Source: Chiloscyllium plagiosum
Lineage: Eukaryota
Direction: 5' to 3'
DNA length: 64,000 nucleotides
NCBI RefSeq assembly: GCF_004010195.1
Contig: NC_057719.1
Coordinates: 43,926,847 to 43,990,846 of the forward strand
Made by a program: the position numbers and the translations under genes. The first letter of the stretch is position 1; every line of letters begins with the position of its first letter. Shown piece after piece: positions 51,520 to 63,311 of the stretch. The notes under the pieces were generated by a model. It did no database searches, was not told the origin of the DNA, and was given only the letters and a program-made list of their open reading frames with translations.

Positions 51520-52625
51520 CTGGATCCCATGATGTCTCATGGTTTCAGGTTAAATATGGGGAAGGACACCTCCTGTTGATGATCACATACCATGCTTCCT
51601 CAGCTGATGAATCAGTCTCCTCTCAATGTTGAACAACACCTGGAGGATGGAAAAGGAACAAAATGTACTCTAGGTGGGGGATTTCAATGTCCACCACCAA
51701 GAGCAACTTGACAGTAGTATTAGTGATTGAGATGGTTGGGTCCTAAAGGACATAGCTGTGATACTGGGTCTGCAAAAGTTGGTGAGGGAACCAACAAGAG
51801 AGGAAAACATACTTGACCAAATCCTTACCAATCTGCCAGCTGCAGATGCATCTGTCCATGATGGTATCTGTAAGAGTAACCAGCACACAGTCCTTGTAGA
51901 GATGAAGTTCCACCTTCACACTGAGAATCATTTCCATCATGTTAAAAATCACAGAACACCAGGTTACAGTCCAACAGGTTTAATTGGAAGCACACTAGCT
52001 TTCGGAGCGACGCTCCTTCATCAGGACAATCACCTGATGAAGGAGCGTTGCTCCGAAAGCTAGTGTGCTTCTAATTAAACCTGTTGGACTATAACCTGGT
52101 GTTGTGTGATTTTTAACTTTGTACACCCCAGTCCAATACCGGCATCTCCGAATCATTCCATCATGTTGTGTGACTAAATGAGACAGACTTTGGACAGATC
52201 TAACAACTCACGACTAGGCATCCATGATGCAATATAGGCCATCCACAGGGCCAGAATCATACTCCAGCAGAATTTGCAGCCCCATGGCCTGGCTTATCCC
52301 CACTCAACCAATACCATCAAGTGATGCCAAGTAATCAATCCTGATTCAATGGAGAGTGCAGGAGGGGATGCCAGGAGAATGCCTAAAAATGAGATGTGAA
52401 CCTGCTGAAGCTACCAAACTGGACTACTTACATGCCAAACATCATAAGTAGCAAGTGATAGACAGAGCTAAGCAATCCCAAAACCAATGGATCAGATCTA
52501 AGATGTGCAGTCATGCCACATCCAGTTGTGAATGGTGAGGAACAACTAAACAATTCTCCACCTTCTCAACTAGGAACGGTCAATAAATACTGGCTAGTCA
52601 GCGACGCCCACATCCCATGAGTGAA
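51520..52625 (+). mobile_element. Degraded LINE with APE endonuclease remnant
   Basis: GDFNVHHQ, VREPTREENILDQILTNL and S.HTVLVE motifs; interrupted by the 51944-52155 insert. Confidence 0.7.
51944..52155 (+). mobile_element. Penelope-like fold-back insert (family A) with back-to-back hammerheads
   Basis: Arms 51941-52025 and 52033-52117, 7-nt loop; CTGATGA at 52034-52040 (+) and 52018-52024 (-); perfect TSD TTCCATCATGTT at 51932-51943 and 52156-52167. Confidence 0.85.
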
Positions 52626-52639
52626 TAAGACAAAAATTA

Positions 52640-52940
52640 CTATTGTATGTAAGAAATGCAGCAACAAATTTGTATAGAGCAAGCTCTCACAGACATCAAT
52701 GTGATGACTAGACTTTTCTGTGTCACTGATTGAGACATACAAATTGGCCAGAACACCTTGAACAATTCCTTTGTTCTTTAGTACAGTATCATAGGAAGCT
52801 TTATGTCCAACTGAGGGAGCTGACAGAGTCTTGTTTTAACATTTCATCCAAAAGATGATTATTCAATGTTACACTGAAATATTTAGACTTAAGTGCCTCC
52901 ATTTTTAGTCAGACGTGAGCCCACAACTTTCTCACTCAGA
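52640..52940 (-). mobile_element. Old Deu-domain-like SINE (SacSINE/AmnSINE type)
   Basis: Minus strand catcttttggatgaaatgttaaaacaagactctgtcagctccctcagttggacataaa resembles the Deu core as recalled. Confidence 0.5.
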
Positions 52941-53498
52941 TAGGAGATTTCACTAATTTAATCAACCTGAAATAAGTGGAATTGGGCATCATCAGTTCTA
53001 AACATGGAGTGAGGTGTTTGTGTCGAGTTAGGTTGGAGGGCCATAATTGGCAAGAAGGATGTGAAGGGCCATTAAGGTGAATAGATGCATATCGGTCGAC
53101 ATGGAGAGTATAAGGAGCCAGGGGTGGTGGTGGTGGTGAGTGGGTTTGCATGGATAAGACATTTAGAAATTACTTTTCAAAAGGTTCCCTCATCAAGAAT
53201 ATGGTTCACAATTGTGAGAACCCATGAACCATGAATCCTTAAAATTCATTCCCTGCAATTGAATTGGCCAGGTCAGGAAGCAGAGTAGGGTATTCTGTTT
53301 CACACCAGCCTGCACCCTCAACGTGCCACAATGAAAATAGGCAGAGAATATTGTGTAGATATTTCTGAATGGGGAATGAGGTGATCCACTAAAGGCACTA
53401 GTTCTCTGCTGAATTTCACATTGTTCAATGAAATGGAAACATTTTAATGATCATAAGAAATAGAAGATTAAAGTTAACAATGAAGAATTTAATCTTAC

Positions 53499-53705
53499 AT
53501 GGCCATTTTCAATTTCTTGCATTATGTGCATCTTTTCTTGTTCACGTTCTTTCTCTAGGTTCCCAGCCCTTTTCTCCTTCTGGCGAATTAGTTCAGCCAA
53601 CCGCTGCTTCAATTCCAGTACATCAGCTTGGTTCTTTGAGTTTTTGTGGCAAAGATCTTCATTCTCTGCATCTAGCTTTTTGTTCTGGGCTCTCAGCTCT
53701 GCCAT
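53499..53705 (-). CDS. NIN: Ninein coding exon
   Basis: MAELRAQNKKLDAENEDLCHKNSKNQADVLELKQRLAELIRQKEKRAGNLEKEREQEKMHIMQEIENGH; aacag| ... |gtaaga; 207 nt, phase 0/0. Confidence 0.9.
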
Positions 53706-55731
53706 CTGTTTTATGGCACCATTGGAACAAAAGGATTTTCAGAGTTGCAGGAACCATCATTTCTTCAAATTATTACTACTTACACATGTCTCAGATAAAG
53801 GAAACTGCAATTGTTCCTGTTGCACAGTGCTTTAATCATTTGGAATTAGAATTATTTATAATTAATAAACATTAATAATTAATTATTTATAATTACCAAC
53901 AAATTACCAACATATGGTCCTGAAATGGAGTGTCATTATCTTCAGAGTAAACTCAGTGACAACAGAACAATAGATTAATGTCTTCTTACACATTGAATTT
54001 AATTTGACGATTATGAACATTGTGGACTATATTTCCTTGCTAGTTCAGTGTTAGCATATTATGTATAAACACATTGATGCTGATTTATTTTCTCTCTTGG
54101 CTGCAGGGTGTCTTTTCAAATAAAATCTGTATCAGCTGATTACTTCACAACCATCAAAATGCCTGAATGTTTATTAAAATACATTAAAGTAGTGAGAAAT
54201 TTGTTCTTGCCTAAGCTCTCTTACAACATAAAAATGACATGTTTCAAAAGGGCTTCACTGACTTTTAAGTGCTTTCAGAGGCACTGAACCTCTGCAGGGC
54301 ATGATATAAATGCAAATTTGTTCTTTCTTTAGTGGAAATATGGCAAACCATTATGATTTATCCCAGCTTTCTGGTTGCAAAGTTATTTGAAACAACTTAC
54401 AAAGAGTGACAAAGACTGCAGAACACAGAAATAAAAAGCCTTTAATCTTATAGACTCAAGGGAACAGAATCCTGGTCTTTGCAGTTTGACCTCGTAATTC
54501 AACAGCTTTAGTCCTGGTGTCAGTCTATTGAATGTGTGCAGCACCCACCCCCAAGCCATTATATCCATCCTGGTCGCCAGACTGTAGCTGTCTGGTCAGG
54601 AAAGCTGGGATATTGTCCAACTTCTACACTATTTCAGTGGCAGGTGAATTAGTGGGGATGAGGTGTTTTTTTGAAATGGTGGTAACAGATCGAGGAGAGG
54701 GAGGGGGGGGGGGGGGTGATCCACTGGAGGTTTCACTGTGTAGCAGTCAAACTTAAACCGGACATTTTCAATTTTAATATTCCAGGCTCAGGAGAAGTGG
54801 GAATGCTCTTTTTGAGCATACAAAAACATAATACAACATTTTTCTCAGATCTCCAGCATTCCCTTAATAGTTAGACAACTGAATCCGTGATAATAACAGT
54901 TGGCAAAAACTTATGCTCTTCTGTGAAGGAGGTTTGTTGGTTATGATGGTGGGAACTTTGTCAGGTGAAAGACTGACCGGGGTTGGGGGGGGGAACCCCA
55001 TTGCCTTCCTGTCTCCAGACCAATTAAGATCTGTGGTGAAAAAAATCCATGGATAGTAACTTCTGCCCTCCCTTCTATTTAAGGCCCTAAAGGGTCAGAT
55101 CAATGGCCTCTTAAACAGCCTCAATCTGCCACTGTTGGTATATTGTAGCAGCTTGCTGGGAGTACGCTATGCAGCATACAAATAAAGAAAACCCTGATAT
55201 GTATTGTTTGATGACTCCAAGTGAGAATCCTTTGTTTAGAGGCACATAATGCCTGTAAGAGGGCCTGCAATCAGGAATTGAGGAATGGGGGTTTTGGGTC
55301 CACTAAGAGCCAGCTGTTACTCTTACTGTCGACTCCTCTACAGCCTCAGTCTATGATTATTAACCCTAACTCAATGGATGTTGTTCCAGCAGCAGTAACT
55401 GCCTCCAAAGTGGTGCTGTTGTTCAAAAGAACTGTTGGCTGTTGACTGGCTGGAAAGTCTTTGTTTGCACTCTTTCCATTCCCATAGAACGGCCTCCCAA
55501 CTGCTGATTTGAATGTATTACTGGGCATATCTTTCTTTTTGAAAGATATGAACCTGAGACCCCATCACAAGATTCTACCTGAAGTGAAACACATGTGGTG
55601 CAAACTGGTCATTTGCAAACTAATTTCCAAAGCAGTGTTCCATGGCTACTGAAACATCTCAACTTATGCATTTAATACTAAACAATTAATGGGTAATTAA
55701 AATAAAATATTTGAAAGGTATAATAACTTGC

Positions 55732-55801
55732 CTGGTTGTTTAGAAGTTCTATAATTCTCTGAGCAGTTATTTTGTCATCCTGCAAAATCTCCACTTGTTG
55801 C
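55732..55801 (-). CDS. NIN: Ninein coding exon with GC donor
   Basis: (K)QQVEILQDDKITAQRIIELLNNQ; tttacag| acceptor, CAG|GCAAGT donor; 70 nt converts phase 2 to phase 0, exactly as the flanking exons require. Confidence 0.85.
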
Positions 55802-57521
55802 CTGTAAAGATTCAGCCTTTTAATATTGTACCTTAAACCTTAGCCTCACTAACTCACCTGACAAACAGAAGATAGATAGAGTAGAATACTCTTATCATAT
55901 TACCAACAAAGTCTGCAATTTTATACATTGATTTTCTATTTGTGCTATATGTTTAAAACCCTAGCTATAGTTTCAATAAAAAATGTTGAATAATAATGCT
56001 GCTTGACATAGTTTGACGATGAACATGACAAAACCAGTGGATATGTACAAGGGCTTAATCACGATTTTGTGAATGTGACTACATCAGATTGTTATTTGAC
56101 TAACCTTAGCACAGTTTTCCCATGTTGGGATCCCATGCCAGTTGTTAGTGAGGAGGACCTTGCATGATTGACCAAGTTGTGTTTGCTGACATCATGTCCT
56201 GGTACAATGTCTGTGCATCGTGCTATCTTGTTGATGTAGTTTACATTTAATTCAAGACAGCATGGCTGAGGTTCAGAATGGTGTTGCAATGGGGTAGGAC
56301 TTCTGCTTGATGCCACAAATTTTCACAACCAGAATGCACTTCCATGGGAGGTTATTTACAATACATTTCTGTATGAAGAGGGCAATCCCCCAAAGTGCTT
56401 CAGCAACCCTGAGGATGGCCTCCAATGAAGGCTTTCAGCAGGTTGTATTAAACTTGAACTGAAACAAGAGGAGACTGCTGCAAGACTCCTTCCTTGACTG
56501 GGTGACTTCAAAGTCTTTAATATCGCTTCCTTAGGCCTACTGGCAATGTACTCACTCTAGTCCCAGGAAGAAGCAGAAAATTGGGAAACCATTATTTTGG
56601 GTGGGATCACTGAGAATCAACTCTGAGACTGCAGCAATGTCTTTAAAATCCACTGCTGGGGTTATCCATTAAAATGGAAGCCATGGCTGAGATTTCATGT
56701 GAATGAGTTGTCCATCACTGGCCTGAAGCTACAAGTGAATTCTGTGTCATTCATGAAGATGTAGTTTTTCCTTTCTTAAAGCAGGATGTCCTGGTCAATC
56801 ATAACACTTTCATAACACCCCTCTACTGCCACCATTAGGTACAAAACCAAGTGTAATGTCATAGTTTATTTCGACATGTTGTTGCTACTTCTTAGGCTGT
56901 GTCCATCTATACAGCAATAATTAAGGAGAAGTTTTATACATATATTGTATGTTTGTATGAGCAAGAAAACGCAACAAGTAAAAACTGCAAATCAAAATTT
57001 TAAAATGTTCTAAAACAGTCAAATAAATGCTAATTAATAAATTACCTTTTTAAATTATTCTAATGGCACTAAAAACGACAACCTTAATAGTTGAAGCATT
57101 TAAATTCAAATGACCATTCTGGAACTGAATGTTACTGCCTGTAATGGTGACCATGCTGCAACGTTCCAGCAAATCACAGTGCAAACTGGAGGAGTCTTCA
57201 GACGAGGCACTTTACAGCCTTCTGGGCTCAATATTGAGTTCAACACCTTAGATTGTGAACCCACTCCCAATTCCTCCCATTCTTTTTAGCTTTACTTGTT
57301 ACTAATTCTCCATCTTCTCTCCCCTCTTCCCACTCCAAATGGGACTGTTCTTTCCAATCTGGCAGTTGACACACCGTCATACTGTCATTCTCACATTCCA
57401 ATTACTTAATCTGACATCCTTTCTCCCCCTCACTTCATCTTCCCTCTCCCGCTATTGCATAAAATGGTGGATCATCCACTTCACATCAGCTCTGATGAAG
57501 AGTCATCTAGATTGAAATGTA

Positions 57522-58726
57522 GTTGAAAAATGTGGTGCTGGAAAAACACAGCAGGCCAGGCAGCATCCGAGGAGCAGGAGAATCAATGTTTCAGGCATAA
57601 GTCCTTCTTCAGGAATGAGGCTGGTGTGCCAAGCAGGCTGAGATAAAAGGTAGCGGGGATGGAATTTGGGGGAGGGGCGCTGGGAATACGATAGGTGGAA
57701 GGAGGAGGGTGAGGGTGAGGGTGATAAGCCGGAGAGGGGGTGGGGGTGGAGAGGTCGGGAAGAAGATTGCAGGTCAAGAGGGCGGTGCTGAATCCGGGGG
57801 TTGGGACTGAGATAAGGTGGGGGGAGGGGAAATGAAGGAGCTGGAGAAATCTACATTCATCCCGTGTGGTTGGAGGTTCGACGATGCTCTTCACCGCATC
57901 TCCTCCACTTCCTGCTCCTCCGCCCTTGAACCCTGCCCCACGAATCGTCACCAAGACAGAACCCCACTGGTCCTCACCTTCCACCCCACCAACCTCCGGA
58001 TACATCGTATCATCCTCCGTCATTTCCGCCACCTCCACACAGACCCTACCACCTGGGATATATTTCCCTCCCTACCCCTATCATCGTTCCGGAGAGACCA
58101 CTCCCTCCGTGACTCCCTCGTCAGGTCCATACCCCCCCACCAACCCAACCTCCACTCCCGGCACCTTCCCCTGCAACCGCAAGAAGTGCAAAACTTGAGC
58201 CCACACCTCCCCCCTCACCTCCCTCCAAGTCCCCAATGGATCCTTCCATGTCCGTCGCAAATTCACCTGCACCTCCACACACACCATTTACTGTATCTGC
58301 TGCACCCGATGTGGTCTACATTGGGGAGACAGGCTGCCTACTTGCGGAACATTTCAGGGAACACCTCTGGGACACCGACAACAACCAACCCAACCGCCCT
58401 GTGGCTGAACACTTTAACTCCATCTCCCACTCCGCCAAGGACATGCAGGTCCTTGGCCTCCTCCATCGCCAGACTCTGACCACATGATGCCTGGAGGAAG
58501 AGCGCCTCATCTTCCGCCTAGGAATCCTCCAACCACACGGGATGAATGTAGATTTCTCCAGCTTCCTNNNNNNNNNNNNNNNNNNNNNNNNNNNNNNNNN
58601 NNNNNNNNNNNNNNNNNNNNNNNNNNNNNNNNNNNNNNNNNNNNNNGATGCTGCCTGGTCTGCTGTGTTTTTCCAGCACCACATTTTTCAACTCTGGTCT
58701 CCAGCATCTACAGTTCTCACTTTCTC
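57522..58726 (+). mobile_element. Penelope-like element (RT C-terminus + GIY-YIG remnant) with inverted 5' arm
   Basis: + strand remnant PLVLTFHP...FRRDHSLRDSLVRS...GTFPCNRKKCKT...IYC..C..C..YIGETG..L.EHFREH...PVAEHFN; left arm about 57521-57876 inverted; perfect 15-bp TSD CTAGATTGAAATGTA at 57507-57521 and 58727-58741. Confidence 0.88.
58568..58646. other. Assembly gap (79 N)
   Basis: Run of N inside the right arm of the fold-back element. Confidence 0.99.
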
Positions 58727-59133
58727 CTAGATTGAAATGTAAGCTTGCTCCCTCTCAATGGATGTTACCTGACTGATTTCCAGCATTTTTTGGTTTCAGT
58801 CATGAAATTATTATTGAATATCATTGAAAACCCATCTGGTTCACTAATGTTCTTTAGAGAAGGAAATCTCCCATCTTTATCTTTATCTGGTCTGGCCTTT
58901 ATGTAACTTTTGACCTGTATCGATATGCTTGACTCTTAACTGCCCTCTGAAAGGCTTGGTAAGTCACTTAATTCAAGGGCAATAGTAATGGGCAACAAAT
59001 GTTGGCTTTGCCAACCATGTCCACATCCAATGAAAGATTTTTTAAAAAATCATTGAACATATTGAATTTTGTGGCCATGATTTTAACTAAGTTAGATATT
59101 TGGGGACCTCTACTAGACTTTACAGTAACTTAC

Positions 59134-59259
59134 TTTAATTCCTTTCGTGCTTCATTCAATTCTATGATTTTCTCATGATAAACCCCTTCTTTCTCCCTCA
59201 ACGTGGCCTTTTGATCTTTTAAGATGTCATTTGCATCAGTGGGTTCTTCAGATTCACCA
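59134..59259 (-). CDS. NIN: Ninein coding exon
   Basis: (S)GESEEPTDANDILKDQKATLREKEGVYHEKIIELNEARKEL(K); tctgcag| ... |gtaagt; 126 nt, phase 2/2. Confidence 0.85.
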
Positions 59260-59959
59260 CTGCAGAATAAAGAGTAAAAGCTGAAATACTTTTGAGTTTA
59301 ATTTTGTCAAGGTAGGAAAAGAAAGAAAGGAAACACAGGCTGAAAGAAACAGACAGGAACTGAAAAAAAAAAGGATGTTTATGCTCAATGTTTGTAAATT
59401 CAACTTTAGCTGGAGTTTTATACCCTTCCTAAAATAGTTGCCATGAATTGGGTATCAATGCTTTGGAAAGGGCACAGAGGTGATTTGCTGGACTGATACC
59501 TGGAATAATAAATTTCAGTTTTGTCGGGAGGCAATGAAGCTGGGGTTGTCATCCTTGGAACAGAAAAAACTAAGGCATGAGCTAAATGGGACTAGGTCAG
59601 AGTGGGATGTCTAGTTGGTGCGGACGAGTTGGATTGAAGGGTCCATTTTCCATGCTGTTTAACTCTATGACTCTATTTAAAAGGGGTACTTGAAATTATG
59701 AAGAATTTTTATAGATCAGAAAAGGAGAAACATTTCCACTGACAGGAGGGTTGGCAACTTGAGGGCACATCATAAAGATGATTAACAAAAGTTCCAGAGA
59801 GGAGTTAAGGAGAAAGTTATTTACATAGCAAGCTTTTCATATCTGAAATGTGCTACTTCAAAGGAAGTACATTCAATCATAATTTACAAAAGATTATTTG
59901 AAATATACTTTAAAAAAGGGGGAGAAAAGGCTAGGGAAAAGGAAAGCGCAGTGGAACTA

Positions 59960-61545
59960 CATAAAACATGTAACAGTACGGCACAGGGAACAGGCCCTTT
60001 GGCCCACCATGTCTGTACCAACCGTGATGCCATTCTCAACAAACCCCATCTGCCTGCACACGGTATATATCCCTTTATTCCCTGCTTGATCACATTACTG
60101 TTTATGTGCCTCTTAACCAATGCTATCATCTCTGCTTTTACTACCCTCTGTGGCAGCGCATTCCAGGTACTTAGCAACCTCTGCATAAAAAAACCTTCCT
60201 TGCAAACCTCCCTTAAACTTTTCCCCTCACCTTCAACTATCCCCTCAGGAAAAAGATTCTGACTATCCACCCTATCCATGTCACTCATAATTTTATACAG
60301 AGATATAGAGTCATACAGCACAGAAAGAGGCCCTTCGGTCCAACCAGTCCATGCTGAAGATAATCCCAAACTAGTCCCACCTGTCCCAAACCAGTCCCAC
60401 CTGCTTGGTTCTGGCCCATATCCCTCCAAACCTTTCCTATTCATGTATCCATACAAATGTCTTTTAAACATTGAAATTGTACCCGCATCCACCACTTCCT
60501 GTTACACTCCAATCTATGCTTCATCTTGGTAAACCTCTTCTGCACCCTCTCCAAAGCCTCCTCATCCTTCCTATAGTGTGGTGAACAAAACTGCATACAA
60601 TACTCCAAATGTGGCTTAAATCACATTTTAGAGAGCTGCAAGATGTGCTAACAGCCTTCTTTACATTCGATTCACTTGTGTTGCTACTTTCAGGGGGATA
60701 TGGACTTGTACCCCAAGAACCCTCTGTACATCAATGTTCCTAAATGTTTTGCCATTTACTGTGTACTTTCTTCTTGCATTTGGCCTCCCAAAATACATCA
60801 CCTGACACTTGTCCGGATTAAACTGCATCTGCCATTTCTCCGCCCAACCTTCCAAAAGATCTATACTCTGCTGTAACTTTGATAAACATCCACACTATCT
60901 ACAACTCCACCAATTTTTGTGTTATCTGAAAACTTATGAATCAGGCCACCTACATTTTCATCCAAATCATTTAAACATCTCACAAAAAACAGAGATCCCA
61001 GCACTACCATGATGGACCTTGTCAAATGCTTGAGTCAAGTCCAACTAGACAACATCCACTGCCCTAACCTCAATCATCTTCATTACTTCTTCAAAAAACT
61101 CAATCAAGTTTGTGAGACAAGATCTTCACCGCATAAAGCCATGCTGACTATACCTAATAAGTCCATTCTTCTTCAAATGTGAGTAAATTTGGACCCTAAG
61201 ACTCTTCTCCAACAATTTCCCTAACACTGATGTAAAGTTCACTGGCCTATAATTTCCTGGATTAACCCTGTTGCCCTTCCGAAAGGACAGAATAACACTG
61301 GCTGTTCTCCAGTCTTTTGGACCTTGCCTGTGGCGAAAGAGGATCCGAAAATTTACTTCAAGGCCCAAGCAATCTTATCCCTTGCCTCCTTCACTATTCT
61401 ATGACAGTTCCCATCAGACCCAAGGATCTTATCTACCTTAATGTTTTTCTAGAAACCCAACATGTCCTCCTTCTGAATATCAACATGCCCCTGGTTATCA
61501 ACATATCCCTCCCTCATCTTACCATTATCCATATCCTTATCTTTG
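59960..61545 (-). mobile_element. Degraded CR1 LINE with a nested second CR1 3' end (about 60300-60500)
   Basis: Minus-strand DWRTA.V...NPGNYRPV..TSV.GKLLE, QHGF and WAEKWQMQFNPDKC motifs; two CR1 termini. Confidence 0.85.
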
Positions 61546-63311
61546 GTGATGACTCCATCTCGAATACTGGATCTCTTAATTAGGTGGAATGCCTTTGAAC
61601 AAGGCCAACCTCCCCAACTCACAATCACATCTAAGTACCCACAATCAATCCCATGCAGGTTTGCTTGCTTTGTTCCCCTGGAATGCTGTCCATGCTTTTC
61701 TTACCATGGACATAATTGGGATATCTGATTAAATGCCCCCCAAGATGTGCTGCAAGTTTGCAATGGGAAAGGACATTAAAATCATGGAGTGATGTAGATG
61801 CGTACATATTGACAAAAACGTGAAAAAATAGAAAAGTTGAAATTAAAATTGGTACATTTGAAATATTTGCCATTTTAGCTATATATTTAGATATATTAAA
61901 GAACAGTCATGGCCTTTACTTTAAGGCAAGGATAAACATGCAAATGAGAAAATGGCATAGAACAAGAGGGTCACACATGCGGTAGTGCATTTCACCTAAT
62001 GGTGCAATAAACTAAAACATCAACATTCACCATTCTGTCATGCTTTAAGAATAATGCAGAAAGTGGTGCATTTTATAGAGACAGTATACCAGCAAGCAGT
62101 TTTATCATAAAGAAAAGCTCTTTCCCATTCTGAAATATGCTTTGAATGAACACTTGATGTAATCTTGCATTATGTTTCTGCATGCAGTTTATATCAATGT
62201 TATTTCAGTTAAGATAATTTAAAGTTATCCATTTCAGAGATTCATCAATTATAAATATGCCCTCTTCCCATGATCATTTAATTCGGAATACTAAATTTGC
62301 ATATTCCAACTCTTTGTAGTACATTTGGACAGGAATATATGTTATAGATTACAATATGAATATTTGCTCTTGGGAACACAGACCCATCAACAAGAGCAAC
62401 AAAGTAGTAATATAATGCTAAATGCTCATAAATTTAGGTAAAATTAGCACTAAAAGCTCAATTTAAACAAAACCATAAAACAAAATATAATTTTGAAGGA
62501 AAATATTAATCCTCAATCCCAATCCTTCAATTTTAAAAATAAATTCATTTTGATTAATGCACAGCTATTTTATCAGTTTTAAATAAAATAGATTTTTTGT
62601 TCATTTAGAAAGTTCAAATATTTCTGGAATATAATGAAGAAGCTCCAGAGAAAAATATATTGTCCAAGTCTCCCTTCTACACTCAAATAGTCAACGGAAG
62701 TTTAGTTTACAATATTCACCAAAGATGCATTCACTTTAAAATGATGTCAAACAATAGAGTCATAGCAAAGTTTAAAACAAAAAGTGAAAATTTTCAGAAA
62801 AAACTGCAAGAAACCTAATGAAATTATTGCATCTTAACAAGGACTAAACATCCATTTTTCTTATAATAGGCCAATTTCATTTTAAGTAATCATCTGTTGG
62901 ATAATAAGGTAATAAATATTTTGGGACTGATGTGATTCAAAGCATAATTAACTTTCACAATGACTCTCACAACAATCTTTAGGAACAACACTTACAAAGA
63001 AGGACAATACAAGCCTTTAAGCAGAGCAAGAAATCCACCCATTCATAATGAAGGGATGGAAAATCTAGCCTCTATAGTCTAGCTGATACTATAAACAAAA
63101 TGCTTTTTAGTTTAATTTTAACTGAAAATGCACCACCTTAATCCACTAGGATTATCATCTTACCACATTTCAAAGAAGTCAGCTGTCCACATGTTTGGAA
63201 AAGCAAGCATTGGAAATGAAAGTATGTTAATTTCACATTTCAGCCAAAAGACATTTATCACAAAAGAACTGGGAATTGACTAAAATTACATAAAATAACC
63301 ATAACCATTAC

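Noticed and set aside
53447..53875. Plus-strand ORFs (142 aa, 103 aa) as antisense genes
   Set aside because: They are shadows of the ninein coiled-coil exon on the opposite strand, with no independent support.
54692..54717. G-run as a functional G-quadruplex
   Set aside because: A simple homopolymer in a decayed repeat-like intronic region, with no supporting context.
59884..60495. 203-aa minus-strand ORF as a host gene or NIN exon
   Set aside because: It is a chance read-through of two nested CR1 3' ends.
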